From: an uncultured Veillonellaceae bacterium
Lineage (GTDB): Bacteria > Bacillota > Negativicutes > JARBTT01
NCBI GenBank assembly: GCA_963805085.1
Contig: CAWDTA010000002.1
Span: 416,001 to 480,000 of the forward strand
Direction of reading: 5' to 3'
Length of the DNA: 64,000 bases
A program made the translations under genes and the position numbers. A model generated the notes under the pieces. That model searched no databases. It saw nothing but the letters and a program-made list of their open reading frames with translations, and had not been told where the DNA came from. Below, in pieces: positions 60,178 through 64,000 of this stretch; positions within the stretch are counted from its first letter, which is position 1, and every line of letters starts with the position of its first letter.

Positions 60178-60858
60178 ATGGAATATTTATTTGACACTGC
60201 CAATATTGAATCAATAAAAAAATATAGTGAACTTTTCCCGATTACTGGCGTTACAAGCAACCCAAGTATTATCAAACTCGAAGGTAACATCAACTTCTTT
60301 CAACATTTCAGAGAAATTCGTCAAATAATCGGCATGGATAAAACACTCCATATCCAAGTATTAGCCGAAGATGCCGAGGGCATGATTGCCGAAGCAAACG
60401 CAATCCTTGCGAATGTTGACGATAAAGTATTTATCAAAATTCCTACCACACCACAGGGTTTAAAAGCAATGCGACTGCTAAAAGCCAAAGGCGTTGGCAT
60501 CACGGCAACTGCAATCTATACAAAAATGCAAGGACTCCTCGCAATGGAAGCTGGTGCCGATTTTATCGCCCCATATTTTAACCGCATGCAAAACCTAGAT
60601 ATCAATCCTTGCGAGGTAATCACTACATTCGCCCAAATGATTGCAGAGTATCACTATTCCACCAAAATCTTAGCAGCCAGCTTTAAAAACATTGGGCAAG
60701 TAAATACAGCCTTTGAATGCGGCGCCCAAACAGTAACACTTTCCCCAGCTTTACTCGTTGATGCTTTCAAAATGCCATCCATCCAAAAAGCCGTCGATGA
60801 CTTTGCTGCCGACTGGGAAAAAATCTTTGGAAAAGTATCAATTGCTGATTTAAAATAA
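60178..60858 (+). CDS. fsaA: Fructose-6-phosphate aldolase
   Basis: GVTSNPSI, IKIP, LAASFKN; FSA-diagnostic Gln (HIQV) and Tyr (APYFNR) rather than transaldolase Glu/Phe. Confidence 0.85.
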   Translation: MEYLFDTANIESIKKYSELFPITGVTSNPSIIKLEGNINFFQHFREIRQIIGMDKTLHIQVLAEDAEGMIAEANAILANVDDKVFIKIPTTPQGLKAMRLLKAKGVGITATAIYTKMQGLLAMEAGADFIAPYFNRMQNLDINPCEVITTFAQMIAEYHYSTKILAASFKNIGQVNTAFECGAQTVTLSPALLVDAFKMPSIQKAVDDFAADWEKIFGKVSIADLK

Positions 60859-60983
60859 GGTTAATAAGAAAATAAGTATTTAAATTATAAAAGCAACTAG
60901 GCGTACAGATTTTCTGCTACACTTAGTTGCTTTTTTTGGTATACTATAGCTATGAATGATTACAAAATAAAGGGGCGTTTTCT

Positions 60984-61589
60984 ATGTGTAGAAGTAGCTT
61001 AATTCTCTATTTTATACTTAGTACTTTTCTCATTTTTACTACGACTTGTTTTGCTAGCGATAGGGTTCCCAAACGAATTGCAATACTACCAGTTATCAAT
61101 GAAACCGGCAATGCGCAGCCTGAAATCGAACAGTATATCAAAGCTGAGCTGGAAGATAAACTTCATATTCCCTTGAATGGCATACTAAACATCTACGAAT
61201 ACATTCCGAAAACCGATATTTTAAAAGTTCTCCCAGAACTAAATGGGCCCAATAAAGCTAGCAAATTCGATATGAATCGTCTAAAGGTTGCATCCGAAGA
61301 GCTATCGGCCGATTTGATTGTCGGGATTACGATAACGTCCCTCTATGAACATCAGTACCCGCATTGGGAAGAAACCATTTTAGACAGCAATGTAACCCTG
61401 CACCTAATTGGCTATGATAAAACAAAAGATGAATTCATCAACCTAAAATCCCAAGAATCCTACAATGGTGAATACATCCTCTCTGGTACAATTGATACAC
61501 TCTCCCACGAAGCACTAAACAAAGTATTCAACAAAATCGACTTTAAAAAGGATGTTTTTCCAATTATACCAACGGAAAAACTCACATAA
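60984..61589 (+). CDS. Hypothetical exported protein
   Basis: Signal-peptide-like N-terminus ending CFA; RIAILPVIN; no family recognised. Confidence 0.7.
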   Translation: MCRSSLILYFILSTFLIFTTTCFASDRVPKRIAILPVINETGNAQPEIEQYIKAELEDKLHIPLNGILNIYEYIPKTDILKVLPELNGPNKASKFDMNRLKVASEELSADLIVGITITSLYEHQYPHWEETILDSNVTLHLIGYDKTKDEFINLKSQESYNGEYILSGTIDTLSHEALNKVFNKIDFKKDVFPIIPTEKLT

Positions 61590-61888
61590 AATAGCTACCT
61601 CTTCTTTTCCTATACCCATTTTTATCTGTTTATATCTTTTGCACTGGATATTGCTAGCAACAATGATTTCGTTGCTGTCTTTTTGCCGGTTGCAGTAGTG
61701 ACCGCCTCAATTTCCTACAGAGGCGTCTGTTTCAGCGTTATCTTTATCAGCGGTAATGTTAACGTTTTTTACTCTTTAATTATAGTTTAATCAAGACAAA
61801 AAAACCATAACCTCGTCTATTCTATTAATTATCAAAAAAAAACCTTCTAGCGAAATCGCTAGAAAGCTAAAAATACTCCATTTATAAA

Positions 61889-62635
61889 TTACTTTGTATC
61901 GCCTGTCCACATGTCGAAAACTAAGTCTTTACTCCAAAAAGAATATGGCAGATAAAAATAGCCCTTATCGCCCCATTCTTTGCCCCATGAATTACGGCAA
62001 ATAACAACACTATTAGCGTTATCATAACCAACGGCTAAAACTGCATGATTACCCAACAATTTTTCTCCTTCTTCAGGGAGCGGAGCCCATCCTGTATTGG
62101 TTACATCATCCGATTCAAAAGATTCGTACACAGCAAAACCAAATACAACCGGGATATCTTCCGACAAAGACGCCTTGAGCTTTGTTAAACTAAGTATACG
62201 GCTGTATTGGCTTATTTTATACTCTGCTGCATCAGTTTCGGCTTTTGCACTTGGCTTATTAGTAAATTTGCTTATGTCATACGGAAAGTCAACCTCCGGA
62301 CATACACCAATGTTTTTCAATACTTTCATGCCGTCACGAATAGAAGCTCCTGCATCCGTGCTTACAGTCCCTTCTAAATAACGCTCATGCCAATATAAGA
62401 ATAATCTTGATAATGCTGTATAAGATACATTGTCTCTTAGTTCAAGAAATTCTCGTAACCCACTTGCCATTGCATTTGCTGTACAAGAACCTAAATCTCC
62501 CTGATCTACAACGTCAGACATTTCATCACGAAGATCAATCTTGCTAGCTAAGACTTCCTTTATTACTTCTGTCTTATAAATATAATCTCGTAAATCAGGC
62601 TCGTCCTTTTTAAGTCCATAAATTCTTTTTCCCAT
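61889..62635 (-). CDS. C1A papain-like cysteine peptidase
   Basis: DQGDLGSCTANA, NHAVLAVGY, RNSWGKEWGDKGYF; no signal peptide. Confidence 0.9.
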   Translation of the reverse strand: MGKRIYGLKKDEPDLRDYIYKTEVIKEVLASKIDLRDEMSDVVDQGDLGSCTANAMASGLREFLELRDNVSYTALSRLFLYWHERYLEGTVSTDAGASIRDGMKVLKNIGVCPEVDFPYDISKFTNKPSAKAETDAAEYKISQYSRILSLTKLKASLSEDIPVVFGFAVYESFESDDVTNTGWAPLPEEGEKLLGNHAVLAVGYDNANSVVICRNSWGKEWGDKGYFYLPYSFWSKDLVFDMWTGDTK

Positions 62636-62983
62636 TTTGTATTTCCTCCAAATTTTTATTTGAAAATCGAAATAGCCAAGGACCTCTTTTTGCTATCTGT
62701 GTATCCTGCATCTCGACCCTCATATATATATACATTTATTCAAGCTTAATTTTTAAATGGGTAAAACTAAAAATCTAAAAATCTAAGAAGGCACCTACCT
62801 CAAAAATTAGATAAATGCCCTTTGATCTGATTATATATTATTTTTGTTTAACTATTTAACTTAAAAATGTTAGCTTGATTATGCATCATGAAGTTCAAAG
62901 TAATACGCATATTAATACACAGTTAGGTAAAGATTTTGTAAGTCAGCAATGGAAGGGGCGGCTAAAAGCAACTATAAATTTGA

Positions 62984-64000
62984 TTAGCTTTTTGGAGTTA
63001 GTTTCCCCCCATCGGTCAAGGTATGGCTCTTATTCCCAAGCCAGCCGTTTGCCGTGAGGCTAGAATCGTAATAGATCGTGTATCCATTGTCATCGATGTT
63101 GGCAAGGGTGGAGTCCCCATCGGTCAGACTCGTCAAATACGAAGTCCCTGTCACACTCCAGATGCTGGTTGAATCAAGAGTTAATGCCGCCGAATTGATT
63201 GTACCTGTCAGTTTTGTACAATTTTTGATTGTAGCCGTGATTGAGCTGATGCTATCACAGATCAGATCACCAGTAAGGATTTCACCATTAGCCGTGAAGA
63301 CCGCGTTACCACCATTTTTCCCTGTATTACCCCATCTTTCAGTAGCAGCAGCTTGGATAAGTATTGCCGAAGGGAAAGTGAGCTCCACACCAGTCAGATT
63401 GATTTCCGCTGTCGTGTTTGTAACAAAGAACAAGGGTCCAGATTGCGCTGTGAGCGATCCACTGTTCATCGTAAAGGTTCCTTTTTTACCTTCAGCATCA
63501 CCAGAATCACTTTGATATATCATCACCCCCCGGTTTTTTGCGCCCAACAGGGTAGTGTCAGTCAAGGTTATAAAGTTTTCCCCTTCTATCACGGCAGCTT
63601 CTGCCCCCAAGGCTTTAATTGTGGAACTAGAAATCGTAATATCTCCCGTTGAATAAACACCTGGGGAGTCTGTCCCTGATGTCGTCGCTACAGAATTATT
63701 AGCGGTTATCACCCCATTCCCCCTGTCTGTAGCAAAAGCTGCGCAATGGGCTCCCTCAGTGCTGATACTTATGCTGTTGGCAGTTACGGTGCCGGTTAAA
63801 GTCGCATCCAAACCACGGGCAGAATCGCCTGTTGTCTTAATGTTAACGTTAGACAGAGTAATCGCCGAGTCGGCACCTGTTGCGAAAAGTGCATTGGCTC
63901 CATTGCCACTTGTAATTACCGAACAATTGGAGATGGATATTTGACTAGCCGCTTCTGCCAGCACACCAGCGTTAAGACCATAAAAATTGCTATTGTCCTC
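62984..64000 (-). CDS. Ser/Thr/Gly-rich beta-helix-like surface protein, C-terminal part (starts beyond the window)
   Basis: Frame open to 64000 (EDNSNFYGLNAGVLAE...); repeated ITTxGxxSxG turns; W.VTGTSYLTSL. Confidence 0.7.
   Translation of the reverse strand, partial: EDNSNFYGLNAGVLAEAASQISISNCSVITSGNGANALFATGADSAITLSNVNIKTTGDSARGLDATLTGTVTANSISISTEGAHCAAFATDRGNGVITANNSVATTSGTDSPGVYSTGDITISSSTIKALGAEAAVIEGENFITLTDTTLLGAKNRGVMIYQSDSGDAEGKKGTFTMNSGSLTAQSGPLFFVTNTTAEINLTGVELTFPSAILIQAAATERWGNTGKNGGNAVFTANGEILTGDLICDSISSITATIKNCTKLTGTINSAALTLDSTSIWSVTGTSYLTSLTDGDSTLANIDDNGYTIYYDSSLTANGWLGNKSHTLTDGGKLTPKS

Noticed and set aside
61630-61780. GC-richer intergenic patch with two small hairpins and short broken reading frames
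   Set aside because: Could be a gene remnant or small RNA, but no motif, promoter or terminator supports either
308-63944. Numerous 60-150 aa ORFs antisense to or nested in long genes
   Set aside because: Shadow ORFs of well-supported genes, without RBS or domain motifs
1-64000. CRISPR array, tRNA/rRNA, prophage or transposase genes
   Set aside because: No regularly spaced repeat-spacer units, stable-RNA signatures or phage/transposase motifs were seen

Overview
Low-GC chromosomal window from an anaerobic Firmicute, probably Negativicutes (Selenomonadales-like; inferred from the Selenomonas-type lysine/ornithine decarboxylase). Left to right: 5' part of degS; an orphan DnaA-box cluster; ldc/odc; a small acidic, CxP/Tyr-Gly repeat protein; a membrane-tailed RelA/SpoT small alarmone synthetase behind 11-bp-period repeats; a SAM-I-controlled metQ-metN-metI-metQ operon with two copies of a structured ~130-bp repeat; a type I restriction-modification locus with rhuM; MocR, EamA, HAD and AraC genes plus a MITE-like element; a sigma54/LevR-type mannose-family PTS operon; a GntR-led glycyl radical enzyme (GRE) operon with lrgA/lrgB and tauE; an M20 peptidase-yjiH-yjiG unit; a sigma54-driven DUF1537 kinase/PdxA2 acid-sugar operon; divergent serA (Ser T-box) and serC; a YbiW/YbiY/YciT/FsaA GRE locus; a papain-like protease; and a truncated beta-helix-like protein. 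The best candidate for an undescribed system is the first GRE operon (33566-39394): its catalytic loop reads C-G-C-V-V-P, lacking the Glu of characterised GRE eliminases, and it is co-transcribed with carboxylate-type (LrgAB) and sulfite-exporter-type (TauE) transporters. No rRNA, tRNA, CRISPR array, prophage or transposase was seen. All calls come from reading motifs by eye; no database search was run.
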